From Octopus sinensis (lineage: Eukaryota), in NCBI RefSeq assembly GCF_006345805.1, contig NC_042999.1:3100001-3164000 (forward strand): a stretch of 64,000 nt of DNA. Reading direction: 5' to 3'. Below the pieces are notes generated by a model. The model saw only the letters and a program-made list of their open reading frames with translations. It had not been told where the DNA came from and ran no database searches. Positions 1 through 11,076 of the stretch are shown piece after piece. Positions within the stretch are counted from its first letter, which is position 1. Every line of letters starts with the position of its first letter. A program made the translations under genes and the position numbers.

Positions 1-42
1 AGCAGACTTACAATAGAGCATATCATAGCTTGTTATATTTAT

Positions 43-255
43 CCCTTTTGATATCAACCAGCCTGAAACTGCCCCTGGGTCCATGAAACAAACTTCCAGT
101 TTCAAAGTGATCTTAATTAAAACCTTTAATCAAAATTTCATGCTAATTTATGTTCTACACACCAGCTTAATAATGACAAAGTTATTCTACCAAATTCTTT
201 GTTATTTTGAAAATGAATTAAAACAAAAGCAGCATATTTCAATAAACATTTCAGA
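43..255 (+). mobile_element. piggyBac-type MITE, diverged/3'-truncated copy
   Basis: Starts CCCTTTTG; aligns by eye to the copies at 267-482 and 522-742. Confidence 0.65.
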
Positions 256-266
256 AAAACATTTAA

Positions 267-482
267 CCCTTTTGTTACCAGCCCGACTGAAACCGGCTCT
301 GTAGTACAAATGGCTTGTTTTCATAAGTTTTGAATTAAAATCTTCCAGCAAACCTTAGTTAAAATTTATGTTCCTAACACCAGCTTAATGATAATGAAGT
401 TAATTTATTAAATTCTTTGTTATATTTAAAATCAATTGAAAGAAACACAGAACATCTCAATAGAAATATGGCAACAAAAGGG
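267..482 (+). mobile_element. piggyBac-type MITE
   Basis: TTAA|CCCTTTTGTTACCA ... TGGCAACAAAAGGG|TTAA. TTAA TSD at 263-266 and 483-486 with CCC/GGG termini is the piggyBac signature. Confidence 0.85.
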
Positions 483-521
483 TTAAAGTTGGAAAGAGAA
501 AGAGAATAAGGTGGGCCTTAA

Positions 522-742
522 CCCTTTTGATAATAACCCAGCTGAAACCACCCCTGGCTCTGTAGTACAAATGTTTTGTTTTCATAAGTTTTGAATTAAA
601 ATTTTCCACCAAATCTTAGTTAAAATTTATGTTCCTAACACTAGCTTAAGGATAACGAAGTTAATTTACTAAATTCTTTGTTATATTTAAAATAATTGAA
701 AGAAACACAGAGCATATCAAAATAAATACAGTAATGAAAGGG
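522..742 (+). mobile_element. piggyBac-type MITE, same family
   Basis: TTAA|CCCTTT ... AAAGGG|TTAA; body similar to 267-482. Confidence 0.85.
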
Positions 743-1150
743 TTAAAAGAAAAGAGGGCAAGGAATGGGCAAGATTTAGCCTGCTGTTTCTCGCAGGCTG
801 AAAAACCAAATCCCTAAGTCTGTGTTCATGAATAGACTTTTGAAAAAGGGCTTTGCATCTATGACTCCCACATTGGAGTGTTTTTTTTTTTTTAAATATG
901 TTAAGTTGTGGTGTTTGAGCAAGATTTAGCTACTATTACTGACAGTTTGAGAGACCATGTAGAGGTTTCCTTGCTGGCTTATGGTTGTAAAAGTGATTGC
1001 ATTAGTATTCCTTCTGTCTTTGATCAAGTTCAAACATGAATTGCTAATATTGTTGATCTTGTTTTCACATCTCTCATTCCTGAGATATTGTCTCATCTGA
1101 CATTCGTTTAATCACAAGAACACTGTGTCTTTATCAGTTCTTATATAAAC

Positions 1151-1830
1151 AGGCACAGGCATGGCTGTGTGGTAAGAAGCTTGCTTCCCAACCACATGGT
1201 TCCAGGTTCAGTCCACAGTGTGGTACCTTGGGCAAGAGTTTTCTACTACAGCCTTAGGGCAACCAAAGCTCTGTGAGTGGATTTGGTAGACAGAAACTGA
1301 GAGAAGTCCATCATATATATCATGTGATCACATGACTGACCAGGCTATCAGATATTGTTGGACATCACTGGTCACAATGCCTTTTGGCATTGTTTTAATC
1401 TTCAAATAATGTCACCCTGCTGGTTAGGCGAGCAGGCCAACATATCCTCCTCCCCCCAATAGAAAGGGGACTAGATTAATGCGAAATGAAGTGCTTTGCT
1501 CAAGAACACAATGCAAAGCCCAGTCAGGGAATCGAACCCATGACCTAGCAATGGGGAGTGCTATAGCTGAACCACAAGGCCACATGCCTTCACCATGTGT
1601 GTGTTTGTGCATCTTTCTGTCTGTGTTTTCCCCCACCACAGCTTGACAACTGATGTTGGTGTGTTTACATCCCCATAACTTAGTGGTTTGGCAAAAGTGA
1701 TCGACAGAGTAAGTACCAGGCTTTAATAAAATAAAAAACGTTCTGGGGTTGATTCATTTGACTAAACTTCCTCAAGGCGGTGCCTCAGCACGGCCACAAT
1801 CAAATGACTGAAACAAGTAACAGATAAACG
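1151..1830 (+). mobile_element. SINE family A (tRNA-derived, CORE-like domain), interrupted by a nested SINE
   Basis: A-box-like TGGCTGTGTGG, B-box-like GGTTCAGTCC, CORE-like ACCTTGGGCAAG, tail ...ATGACTGAAACAAGTAA; about 20 copies in the window. Confidence 0.8.
1324..1593 (-). mobile_element. tRNA-headed SINE nested in SINE A
   Basis: Minus strand has TGGCCTTGTGG A box and GGTTCGATTCC B box; tail matches that of 25401-25708. Confidence 0.7.
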
Positions 1831-2049
1831 ATTAGTGTAGGCACACCTGCAGGGTTATGAAACTTGCTTCCCAACCACATGATTTTGGGTTCCATCCCAC
1901 TGTGTGCCATCTTGGGCAGGTGTCTCTAGACCCCAGGACAACCAAAGCCTTGTCACTGAATTTAGGAGATAGAAACTGAAAGTGTGTGTGTGTGTGTGTG
2001 TGTACGTGCACTTGTGTGCACGTGTGTGCTTGTGTGCGTATACGTGTGT

Positions 2050-2282
2050 TATTTCTTTATTGCCTACAAGGGGCTAAATATAGAGGGGACAAACAAGGAT
2101 AGAAAAAGGGATTAATTTGATTACATCGACCCCAGTGCATAACTGGTATTTAATTTATCGACCCCCAAAAAGATAAAAGGCAAAGTCAACCTTGGCGGAA
2201 TTTGAACTCAGAACTTAAAGGCAGACAAAATACCGCTTAGCATTTCGCCCGACATGCTAATGCTTCTGCCAGTTCGCTGCCT
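2050..2282 (-). mobile_element. SINE family B (long-tail variant)
   Basis: Minus strand: GGCAGCGAACTGGCAGAA head, GAGTTCAAATT B box, central GACTTTGCCTTT..GGGGTCGATAAATT, tail ...AATAAAGAAATA. Confidence 0.8.
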
Positions 2283-2464
2283 TGTGTGTGTTGGTGCACA
2301 TGTGTATGATTTTGTGTGTGTATGAGTGTGTGTGTGTGTGTGCACATGTGTGTACATGTGTGTGTGTGTGTTGTGTGCACATGTGTGTACATGTGTGTGT
2401 GTGCACATGTGTGTACATGTGTGTGTGTGTGTTGGTGCATATGTGTATGAGTGTGTGTGTGTGT
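2283..2464. repeat. (TG)n/TGCACA compound microsatellite
   Basis: Seen directly. Confidence 0.9.
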
Positions 2465-3112
2465 TACTGTCTCTTTGTCGCGACATCACATGATAGTTGT
2501 GGTTGGAAACTCTCAAAAGAGCTGAACTGCAGAATGTTTTTCAGAGAGGAAAGTGTTACAAATGTGCGTCACCATTATAATTTAAATGATAAATGAAATC
2601 AAATTAATATCTCATCTCTTTCAAATAAGTAGAAGTGTAATGGAGAGAAGCTAGAAGAAAATTGCTCAGTTTTTACCTGAAGGTTCCAAGAACTTTGCTC
2701 TGGAAAGTTCTGGAAATTCTTCTCAGAAATTATAGAAAATAATATCATTGATAACCTCTTGACCATCTTTTGCAGTTCTTCTAAAACATTTTGTATAATT
2801 TCTGTAATAGAGCAGAAATTCCTGGCAGACAAAAGAATGGTTTGTTCCATGTTTTTATTAATCACAGACAGACGGCTCTCAAAGTACTGCTAAGTGTTTT
2901 CTCAGTAATAGCTTTGGTTCATACTTTACTTATAGAATGGCAAAAAGACTACTACTGATGATGATCGTGATGATGATGATGATGAAAGCAGCAACAGTCA
3001 TAATAATCCTCATCATTTTAATCATCATCATTTGACATTTGTCTTCCATGCTGGCATGGGTTGGAAGGTTTGATAGGATCTAGCAAATTGGAATAATAAT
3101 AATAATAATAAT

Positions 3113-3615
3113 ATGCCCTGATGCAGTACCAGACAGTGGCTCTCATGGCTTCTGATCTTAACTGTTCAATACCACAGATTTGCTTGTCAGTTGTTTGACC
3201 TTAACCAGTTGACCATATCCCTTAGTGGCTGACGATATGTGCATCTCTGATCACAAGCAGAAGTAGCAGGGGAGCATCATAGCTGCGTGTTGAAAAGAAT
3301 TCTTAGAGGTTTGGATAATTCACCTTTGGAAACATGGGTGGTTCGTTCAACATCCTTAAACAATCCTTATTCAGGGACCTTTTGTGTGGGATGGGCTACT
3401 CGACCAGAAGAAAATTCTAACTGGGCCCCAACTGCAAGGTCATGTGCTGTTTATCTTGATATGAGATCACCATGTTGCACACATATGGTTGTGATGCATG
3501 TGCCTAGTGTACCCTTATCAGAGAGGGAGTCATGATGGGTATACTGGGATTCGTATATTTTACTCCAGTGTCACTTTGATGGTATGCACTGCTCTCTCAC
3601 TCAATAATAATAATA
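3113..3615 (+). mobile_element. non-coding repeat, probable 3' UTR of an (AAT)n-associated non-LTR element
   Basis: Flanked by (AAT)n on both sides; second diverged copy at 4363-4821. Confidence 0.6.
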
Positions 3616-3624
3616 ACTAACAAA

Positions 3625-3842
3625 ATTGGTTTCAAATTTTTGCACATAGGCAGCAATTTCAGGTGAGGGAATAAGCCAATTACATCAACCCTCAGTGATC
3701 AACTTGTACTTATTTTATCGATTTTGAAAGGATGAAAGGCAAAGTCAACCTTGGCAGAATTTGAACTCAAAATGTACAGACAGATGAAATGCTACAAAGC
3801 ATGTTGCCTAGCATGCTAATGATTCTGCCAGCTTGTCACCTT
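3625..3842 (-). mobile_element. SINE family B (short-tail variant), diverged
   Basis: GAAAGGATGAAAGGCAAAGTCAACC..GAATTTGAACTC core. Confidence 0.7.
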
Positions 3843-4362
3843 GTTAATGATAATAATAATAATAATAATAAAACACAGTATAGGTAAAAAAAATGCACTG
3901 GAGTCTACAGATGACTAAGGACTCTGGTGCATTTTTCCTACACTGTGTTACGAAAGAATGTCCTAATACAATAATGAGCATAGTGTTTTTTATATTTGTA
4001 TATATATATATATATATATATTTGTCCAGAATCACACCAGATGCGGAGGAGGAGAGAAAATAGTAATTCAGTGAAGGAGAAGTAGTGAGAGTTATAGCTC
4101 TGACTGAGAGGGAGTGAGAGAAAGCAATAGCAATTAGAGAAAGGAAGGGGTCATAGATGAATAAGGAAGGAATGGGTGACAAAGAAAAATCAGTGTTTCA
4201 ACTCTGTGTGAGTATGTGTGTGTTTGTGTGTGTGTGTGTGTGTACAAGGGAAGTATGTGAATGTTTGTATGTGTGATTATTATGTACCATATTTATATAT
4301 AAAATACTACAATTAGCTGTCATTATTGATGGCACATGGTCAGCTAGTAATAATGATAATGG

Positions 4363-4821
4363 TCTACAGCAAATATTCTGCTCAACACCACAGAATTGCT
4401 TGTCAGTTGTTTGACTTTCATCAGTTGAGCATGTCCTTTATTGGCTAACGATGTGTACATCTCTGATCATGAGCAGAAGTAGGGAGGTAGTGTCATAGCC
4501 ATGTGTTGAGAGGAATTCCTTGGAGTTTGGATAATTCTCCCCTGGAAACATGTGTGTTTCATTCAACATCCTTTAACAAGCCTTATTCAAGGACCATTTG
4601 AGCAGGATTAGCTACTCAACCTGAAGAAAATTCTAACTGGCCCCCACCTGCAAGGCCATACTCTGTTTATTTTGATATGAGATCACCATGTCGTGCACTT
4701 ATGGTTGTGATGCATGTGCCTGGTGTACTCTTATCAGATGGGTTCTCATGATGGGTATACTGGGCTTCGTATAATTGTATCCCAGTGTTACTTTGATGGC
4801 ATGCACTGCTCTCTCTCTCTC
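4363..4821 (+). mobile_element. second copy of the 3113-3615 repeat
   Basis: Colinear similarity from CCACAGA(T/A)TTGCTTGTCAGTTG through ATGCACTGCTCTCTC. Confidence 0.65.
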
Positions 4822-5028
4822 AAAAAGAAGATGATGAACAACAACACATTGGTATTGGCCATAGGGGATGCAAAAATAACATTTAGGGCAATACAAGAAC
4901 AAGGACAATGATAACAACAACAGCTATAACAATAATAAAAATAAGAACAATAATGGTGATGACGATGATGATGACGGAAATAATGATAATAATAATAGAA
5001 ATAATAATAATAACAATAATAATAATAA

Positions 5029-5350
5029 GGGGCTGATTGCTACCTAACTCGGATACCAGGAAACCCCAAAATGGCAGAAATTCAAAAGATAGTGCTCATG
5101 GGAACTGCTCATATCCTACGCAAAATACTTTCTATGTAATCTCAAGTTTTAAAACAAACATAATTTTCGTATGGTTTTTTTAGACATTCACTAGTCCAAT
5201 ACTAAGTACAAAACCAGATATATGGCACCCTAGGCATAACACCAACATGAACTTCCAACTTGTTGTCTCTTGAGGTCTCTGGGTGAGACTTGGAGCCAGC
5301 TTGTGCAAACGTAAAGCAAAAGTCAAACATAGAATAATAATAATAATAAT
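5029..5350 (+). mobile_element. R4/Dong-like (RLE) non-LTR retrotransposon 3' end in an (AAT)n tract
   Basis: 5029-5139 translates GADCYLTRIPGNPKMAEIQKIVLMGTAHILRKILSM*, matching the QKxxLxGTAxILR C-terminus of RLE-clade ORFs; followed by 3' UTR and (AAT)n tail. Confidence 0.75.
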
Positions 5351-5672
5351 AATAACAGTAAACAACAGCAATACCAATAATAATAATAATAATAATAACA
5401 ATAATAATAATCATAATAATTATCATCATTATTATTATTATAGAGATAGTCATGGGAGTAAATAATGATGTTGTTTTACATAGGTTCTTTTCATCGAATG
5501 CGCTGATAATTGCAAGTTCTTGCTGGTTAGGAAACTTTCCAAAATTATAAGATTTCTTTTTAAAATAAATATCTCTTTGTCCTACATTTATTGCAATTAT
5601 TATTTTGTTTGTTCGTTCGTGGGTTTTTTTTTTTTGGTTTCATCATCATTCCCTATAGTTTTCTACTGATAA

Positions 5673-5811
5673 ACACTAGTATTTTGGACAAATTTGTTTG
5701 TAATTTTATCATATACATATATATAGTTGTAGACAATTTTCCTGGTGATAGTGTGGGTAATGAGGCTGATGATGATGATAAAATTACAAACAAAATTTGT
5801 CCAAAATACTA

Positions 5812-5815
<4 letters not shown>
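5673..5815. repeat. ~40-bp inverted repeat with ~60-bp spacer
   Basis: ACACTAGTATTTTGGACAAATTTGTTTGTAATTTTATCAT (5673-5712) and its near-perfect reverse complement at 5775-5815. Confidence 0.85.
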
Positions 5816-5870
<55 letters not shown>

Positions 5871-6368
5871 TACATACTCACATATATACACATACACATA
5901 TATATACATATACATACATATATAAGTGTGTATATATACACTATACGCATACTTATACATACATAAATACACGCACACACACACACACACATACATATAT
6001 ACGTATACATATATACATTTATATATATAATAATATATATCATCATCATTATTGTTATAATCATCAACATCATCGACATTATTGAAGTGAGGTAACGAGA
6101 ATGCTTGTACCTGGTTGTTTAACAAGTTAGAAATGACAACCAAATCTCCCCTCTCTCACAAAGATAACAAAGTTGCCGTGAGGTAAGCAAGTCCTATGCA
6201 CACACTTAAAGTCAACTCCCGAAGGATTTGAACTCAGACTAGCAATTCTACCAGCTTACTAGTTAAGACTAGCAATTCTACCAGCTTGCTACGTTAACAA
6301 TAGTTAAAATGATAATAATCCTTCCTACTCTTGCCCCATATCTTTCCTATCTCATCCTGTAGTGGCTG

Positions 6369-6371
<3 letters not shown>

Positions 6372-6403
<32 letters not shown>

Positions 6404-6715
6404 TGATGAAAACTCTCAGCTTATTTTGCTGGGTATGCTGGAAAGTGTCAGCTGTTCACAGCCAGCAGATTAAGGTGACTCTTGTTTACTGGTCATGCTT
6501 CAAAAACATTACAAAGAATTCTTGCAGTTTCAAGCAATGATGATTTTTCAAGGTGTTCTACTTTTACATTTGTACCAATCTTTTTGTGCCATGTTGGTAG
6601 CTGAGTGCTGATACTTCCAAGTGCACCAATTATTATTGGCATCATGTCTGCTCTCCTCATTGACCACAACCTTCGCATTTCCTACTTCAAATCATCACAA
6701 ACTTCATATTTCCCA
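6372..6715 (-). mobile_element. R4/Dong-like (RLE) non-LTR retrotransposon 3' end
   Basis: Translates KYEVCDDLK*EMRRLWSM..PIIIGALG..LEKSSLLETARILCNVF (RLE endonuclease C-terminus), then 3' UTR and (TAA)n tail. Confidence 0.8.
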
Positions 6716-6823
6716 GAATTTAATATAGCTATGCTTCAGAATAAAATGCATCAGTCAAATACAGAACAATAACGAGAAATTAAATAAATGACAAGGGAAT
6801 AAGAAATCGCACATCAGTTTTGA

Positions 6824-6904
6824 AGCTCTGATGAAGCTATCAGATGTTACACTAGCACTCAACTATGAGAGCATTGCATCTTATAGCAGAAACAGCTGCA
6901 GGCT
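6824..6904 (+). ncRNA. minimal type-I hammerhead ribozyme motif (PLE-type), cleavage triplet mutated
   Basis: AGCT-CTGATGA(6828-6834)-A-GCTAT..ATAGC-A-GAAAC(6889-6893)-AGCT-GCA-GGCT; GCA in place of GTA; enclosed by a 33-bp inverted repeat. Confidence 0.7.
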
Positions 6905-6957
6905 AATGAAGTTCAGGACAATTTTTTATTCCCTTGTCATATATTTAATTTCTTTAG

Positions 6958-7117
6958 GGATAAGCATGGCTGTGTGGTAAGAAGTTTGCTCCCCACCCCT
7001 ACAGTTATGGGTTCAGTCCCACTGCATTGTACCTTGGGCAAGTGTTTTGTACTATAACATTGAGCTGGCCAAAGCCTTGTGAGGGGATTTGGTAGACGGA
7101 ACCTGAAACAAGCCTAT

Positions 7118-7174
<57 letters not shown>

Positions 7175-7375
7175 CTGTGTTTTTTCCCCACCACTGTTTG
7201 ACAACTGGTGTTGGTATGTTTACATACCCTGTAACTTAGCATTTCAGCAAAAGAAACCTACAGAATAAGTACCAGGTTTTAAAAAATAAGTACTGGGATC
7301 GATTCATTCGACTAAAAATTCTTCAAGATGGTGCTCCAGCATGGCCACTGTCTAATAATTGAAACATGTAAAAAA
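6958..7375 (+). mobile_element. SINE family A with internal (TG)n
   Basis: Full head, core, microsatellite and tail. Confidence 0.85.
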
Positions 7376-7377
7376 AA

Positions 7378-7590
7378 ATGGCCTAGTGGTTAGAGCAGTG
7401 GACTCGTGGTCATAGGATCACGGTTTCGATTCCGAGACTGGGCGTTGTGAGTGTTTATTGAGCAAAAACACCTAAAGCTCCACGAGGCTCTGGCAGAGGG
7501 TGGTGGCGATCCCTGCTGTACTCTTTCGCCACACTTTAATAAATGATGGTGCATCAGCATGGCCGCAGCTCTGAGCTGAAACTAGAGAGA
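7378..7590 (+). mobile_element. SINE family E (tRNA-derived head)
   Basis: TGGCCTAGTGG A box, GGTTTCGATTCC B box, TTTATTGAGCAAAAACACCTAAAGCTCC body. Confidence 0.75.
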
Positions 7591-7607
7591 AAAACAAAAT
7601 ACAGATT

Positions 7608-8112
7608 CAGTAGTACCTCAGTTTTCGAACAACTCTGATCATGAATAAATCATGCTTTACATGTATGTATGTATATATATATATATCATCATCATTTAGC
7701 GTCCGTTTTCCATGCTAGCATGGGTTGGACGGTTCTACTGGGGTCTGTGAAGCCAGAAGGCTTCATCAGGCCCAGTCAAATCTGGCAGTGTTTCTACGGC
7801 TGGATGCCCTTCCTAACGCCAACCACTCCGTGAGTGTAGTGGGTGCTTTTTACGTGCCACCCGCACTGGTGCCAGACAGAGCTGGCAAACGGCCACGAAC
7901 GGATGGTGCTTTTTATGTGCCACCGGCACGAGGGCCAGGCGAGGCTGGCAACGGACACGAAACGGGGCGGTGCTGGCAACGGTCGCGAAACGGAAAGTTC
8001 TCTTACATGCCACCGGCACTGGTATATATACATACACATAGACACACTCACACAGGAAGAAAAAGCACAATTAATTCGTGATCAGAGTTGATTGGAAACC
8101 GAGATTCTACTG
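7608..8112. mobile_element. Tigger/pogo-like TIR element with nested RTE fragment
   Basis: CAGTAGTACCTCAGTTTTCGAACAACTCTGATCATGAAT at 7608 and an imperfect reverse complement ending CTACTG at 8112. Confidence 0.55.
7686..8022 (-). mobile_element. RTE-LINE 3' end (family C), young copy
   Basis: (CAT)n tail, TGGATGCCCTTCCTAACGCC motif, GTGCCACCGGCAC repeats; near-identical to 47005-47345. Confidence 0.8.
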
Positions 8113-8799
8113 TGTATATATATATATATATATAGAATACAAAACTGTAGCTAAATTAGTATTGTTAATATATTTGATGTAACATGCATTAAAAATTGCT
8201 AACTGCAAATAAGAATCTGCTGAAGAATTCTGCAGTTTCAGTCTTTATATCATCAGTAAAACCAAAACATTGTCAATAACAATAAAAATGAAAGCATATG
8301 TAAGTTGACTTTCAAGCAGAGAAGTATTAAGATGGTTATTTACAAAGAATTTGAAGAATTTAAATTGTCAATGCTCCTTCACCCAAAAACAGATACAGCA
8401 AAGCAAGAAATATGCAAATTAGAATTAAAAACCCTAAAAAAACCCCAAAAGAACCCATCCAGAAATGGTAAGACTAACTACAACAGATTAATTAGTGTCA
8501 TGATTAATGTCCATATTCTAGAATGTTCTTCTGTCGTAATTGAGACAATGCAAAAATTGTAAAAGAATCGGTTAAGAAATATGATGGCAGTAATTTAGGT
8601 GTCATATCGTTGTAACCTTGTTGCTTTTAGAATTTGCTGCGGATAATTGTAGCAATTAATTTCACTTCTTAATATATTGCATTAATACCTCTTGAAGAAT
8701 TAAGTCTTATATTTCATGCCAGAAGTTTTGGAAACAAATTAAGAAAAAGAAATGCAAAAAAAAAAGACACCAACAACAATAAACATCTTCCGTCCTACC

Positions 8800-9100
8800 T
8801 TCTTCTTCTTCTTCTTCTTCTTCTTCTTCTTTTCCTTCTTCTTTTCCTTCTTCTTCTTCTTTTCCTTCTTTTCCTTTTCCTTCTTTTTCTTCTTTTCCTT
8901 CTTTTCTTTCTTTTTTTCCTTCTTTTCCTTCTTCTTCTTCTTTTTTCTTCTTTTCCTTCTTTTCCTTCTTCTTCAATACTACTATTGTTATTATTATACC
9001 TATTGTTGATGTTGTTATTGTTGTTACCACTACTACTACCACTATTATTATTATTATTATTATTATTACCATTATTATTATTATTATTATTATTAATCAT
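8800..9100. repeat. (TTC)n pyrimidine tract followed by (TAT)n
   Basis: Seen directly. Confidence 0.9.
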
Positions 9101-9951
9101 TACTGTTGTTGCTGCAATGTATTTCCCTTCTTCATTCCAAGTAATTATAACCATTTTCTAACAGTATTACAGCATTTAATGGTGAATAATGATCTTGATA
9201 TGGTAAGTGTTCCCACCAACACTAATACATGCTGTTTTCCTTTAATCATCGTTAAAGGCCAAACAAAGCCTTATGTTTATAATATATCTTTTTACTTTCA
9301 CTTTCACAATGCGACTGCCATTAAGAAAGCTATTAGGTATCTGCATATCACATTTATATTTAATGTAGAATAGAGTTCATTATCACTGCTGCTACCAACA
9401 CTGCCCCCCACCCCCCACCACCACCACCATTATCATTATTGTCATCAAAGGAGCCTCTATGCATGGTCACATTGTGCTAGAAATAAAAGTCAAATTCCTC
9501 TGAAAATGTCGTTATTATCATATAAAAGGAAGAACACATTGGATAATGCAATTTTAGATTTTTTTTTTTTTTTGAAAATAAAATTGGGTCGTCATGGTTG
9601 GAACGCCTTGAACATAGGTCTGCTTGATCAGTCCTGACCTGCAGAAAAATATAAAGTTATCAGCATGGAAAGCTACAAAAGAGCAGAAACTTTGAACTTG
9701 TACATAGTTGAAAATGCTACTGAGATTTCCTGTCTCAGAAGATGGCTATACGTATGGCATAGTGGTTTATGTAAATAATGTACATAATTCCTCATCTCTT
9801 CAATATAGAACTGTACTATCTAATTGGTATGGAGCCGACATTAGACTTCAATGGAGATATATCTAGAGACTCTATCAAAAACTAGCTCGTCTTTCAAACC
9901 ATCTCACTTTCCTGTGTAGATGTAGAGACTAAAAGAAGAAAAAAGGCCCAC

Positions 9952-10024
9952 GGGCATATGGCGTAGTGGTTAACAGCACAGGCTACTAACCCCAAGATTC
10001 TGAGTTCGATTCCAGGCAGTGACC
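9952..10024 (+). promoter_or_regulatory. tRNA-like internal Pol III promoter (not a canonical tRNA)
   Basis: TGGCGTAGTGG A box, anticodon-loop-like CT-ACT-AA, GAGTTCGATTCC B box; acceptor stem poor. Confidence 0.7.
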
Positions 10025-10087
10025 TGAATGATAATACTAACATCGAAAACAACCTTAGGAATGAGAACCCAGGTTCGAAATTTCCCC

Positions 10088-10133
10088 AATACCTGATGAG
10101 GGCTGGAGGGTATATCAGCCGAAACCTTGTGTT
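10088..10133 (+). ncRNA. minimal type-I hammerhead ribozyme motif
   Basis: AATAC-CTGATGA(10093-10099)-G-GGCTG[GAGGGTATAT]CAGCC-GAAAC(10121-10125)-CTT-GTGTT. Stems I and II pair; triplet CTT probably mutated from GTT. Confidence 0.75.
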
Positions 10134-10170
10134 AACAACAAACAAGATGAGGACAAATATCCGTCAAATA

Positions 10171-10578
10171 CTCTCTCTTTTACTCTCTTTTACTTGTTTC
10201 AGTCATGTGACTGCGGCCATGCTGGAGCACCACCTTTAGTCGAGCAAATCGACCCCGGGACTTATTCTTTGTAAGCCCAGTACTTATTCTATCGGTGTCT
10301 TTTTGCCGAACCGCTAAGTGACGGGGACGTAAACACACCAGCATCGGTTGTCAAGCGATGGTGGGGGGACAAACACAGATACACAAACATACACACACAC
10401 ATGCGTATATATATATACATATATACGACAGGCTTCTTTCAGTTTCCATCTACCAAATCCACTCACAAGGCATTGGTCGGCCCGGGGGCTATAGCAGAAG
10501 ACACTTGCCCAAGATGCCATGCAGTGGGACTGAACCCGGAACCATGTGGCTGGTAAGCGAGCTACTTACCACACAGCC
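10171..10578 (-). mobile_element. SINE family A, young copy
   Basis: Near-consensus, CpG-rich; inserted in the HHR element. Confidence 0.9.
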
Positions 10579-11076
10579 AAATTCCTCATCTCTTAAATAT
10601 ACGACTGTACATTTTCTTTCTTTTGCATTGTGGTAGGCCTAAAAATTTTGTTTGTTCAGTTTGTGCTATGGGAAGGTTCACTTTGACACAGCTCTTACAT
10701 GAACGGATTATAGGGCTTCAATTGACACATGAACCACCACAGCTGCTGTGGTTTTTGTCACTAATGCTATATGCAACACTGCTTCTCTGAATGTTTGAAA
10801 TGCGTTTATCTTTTTTTTTCTTTTTTTTTTTTTTTTTTTTACATTCATTAAGGGTTCATTAAACCGTTCGCTTTCTCTTTCGATTTTTACAGTCAGCTGA
10901 GTGTTTATACGTTGTATTTTTTGTTGTCAACCACCAGATATTAAATATAGGGTTTTTTGGTAATTATAGTCCATGCTTTAAAAGTACCCCTAAAAGAAAA
11001 TTTCGTTTGGTAATGTCTGAAAATGTCCCCATCTTCAAGAGAAAAGGGAAATGATGTCTTCAGTGATGAGTCAAAT

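Larger units (their letters stand above)
9753..10610 (+). mobile_element. non-autonomous Penelope-like unit (Penelope ORF N-terminus + tRNA-like promoter + hammerhead), terminal direct repeat, interrupted by SINE A
   Basis: Direct repeat AATTCCTCATCTCTT(C/A)AATATA..ACTGTAC at ~9786 and ~10579; WYGADIRLQWRYI*RLYQKLARLSNHLTFLCRCRD* at ~9825-9932; A box 9959-9969; B box 10002-10013; HHR 10088-10133. Confidence 0.7.

Noticed and set aside
8225-8262. Minus-strand CTGATGA..GAAAC-TGCAG
   Set aside because: No convincing stem I or stem II; chance or too decayed.
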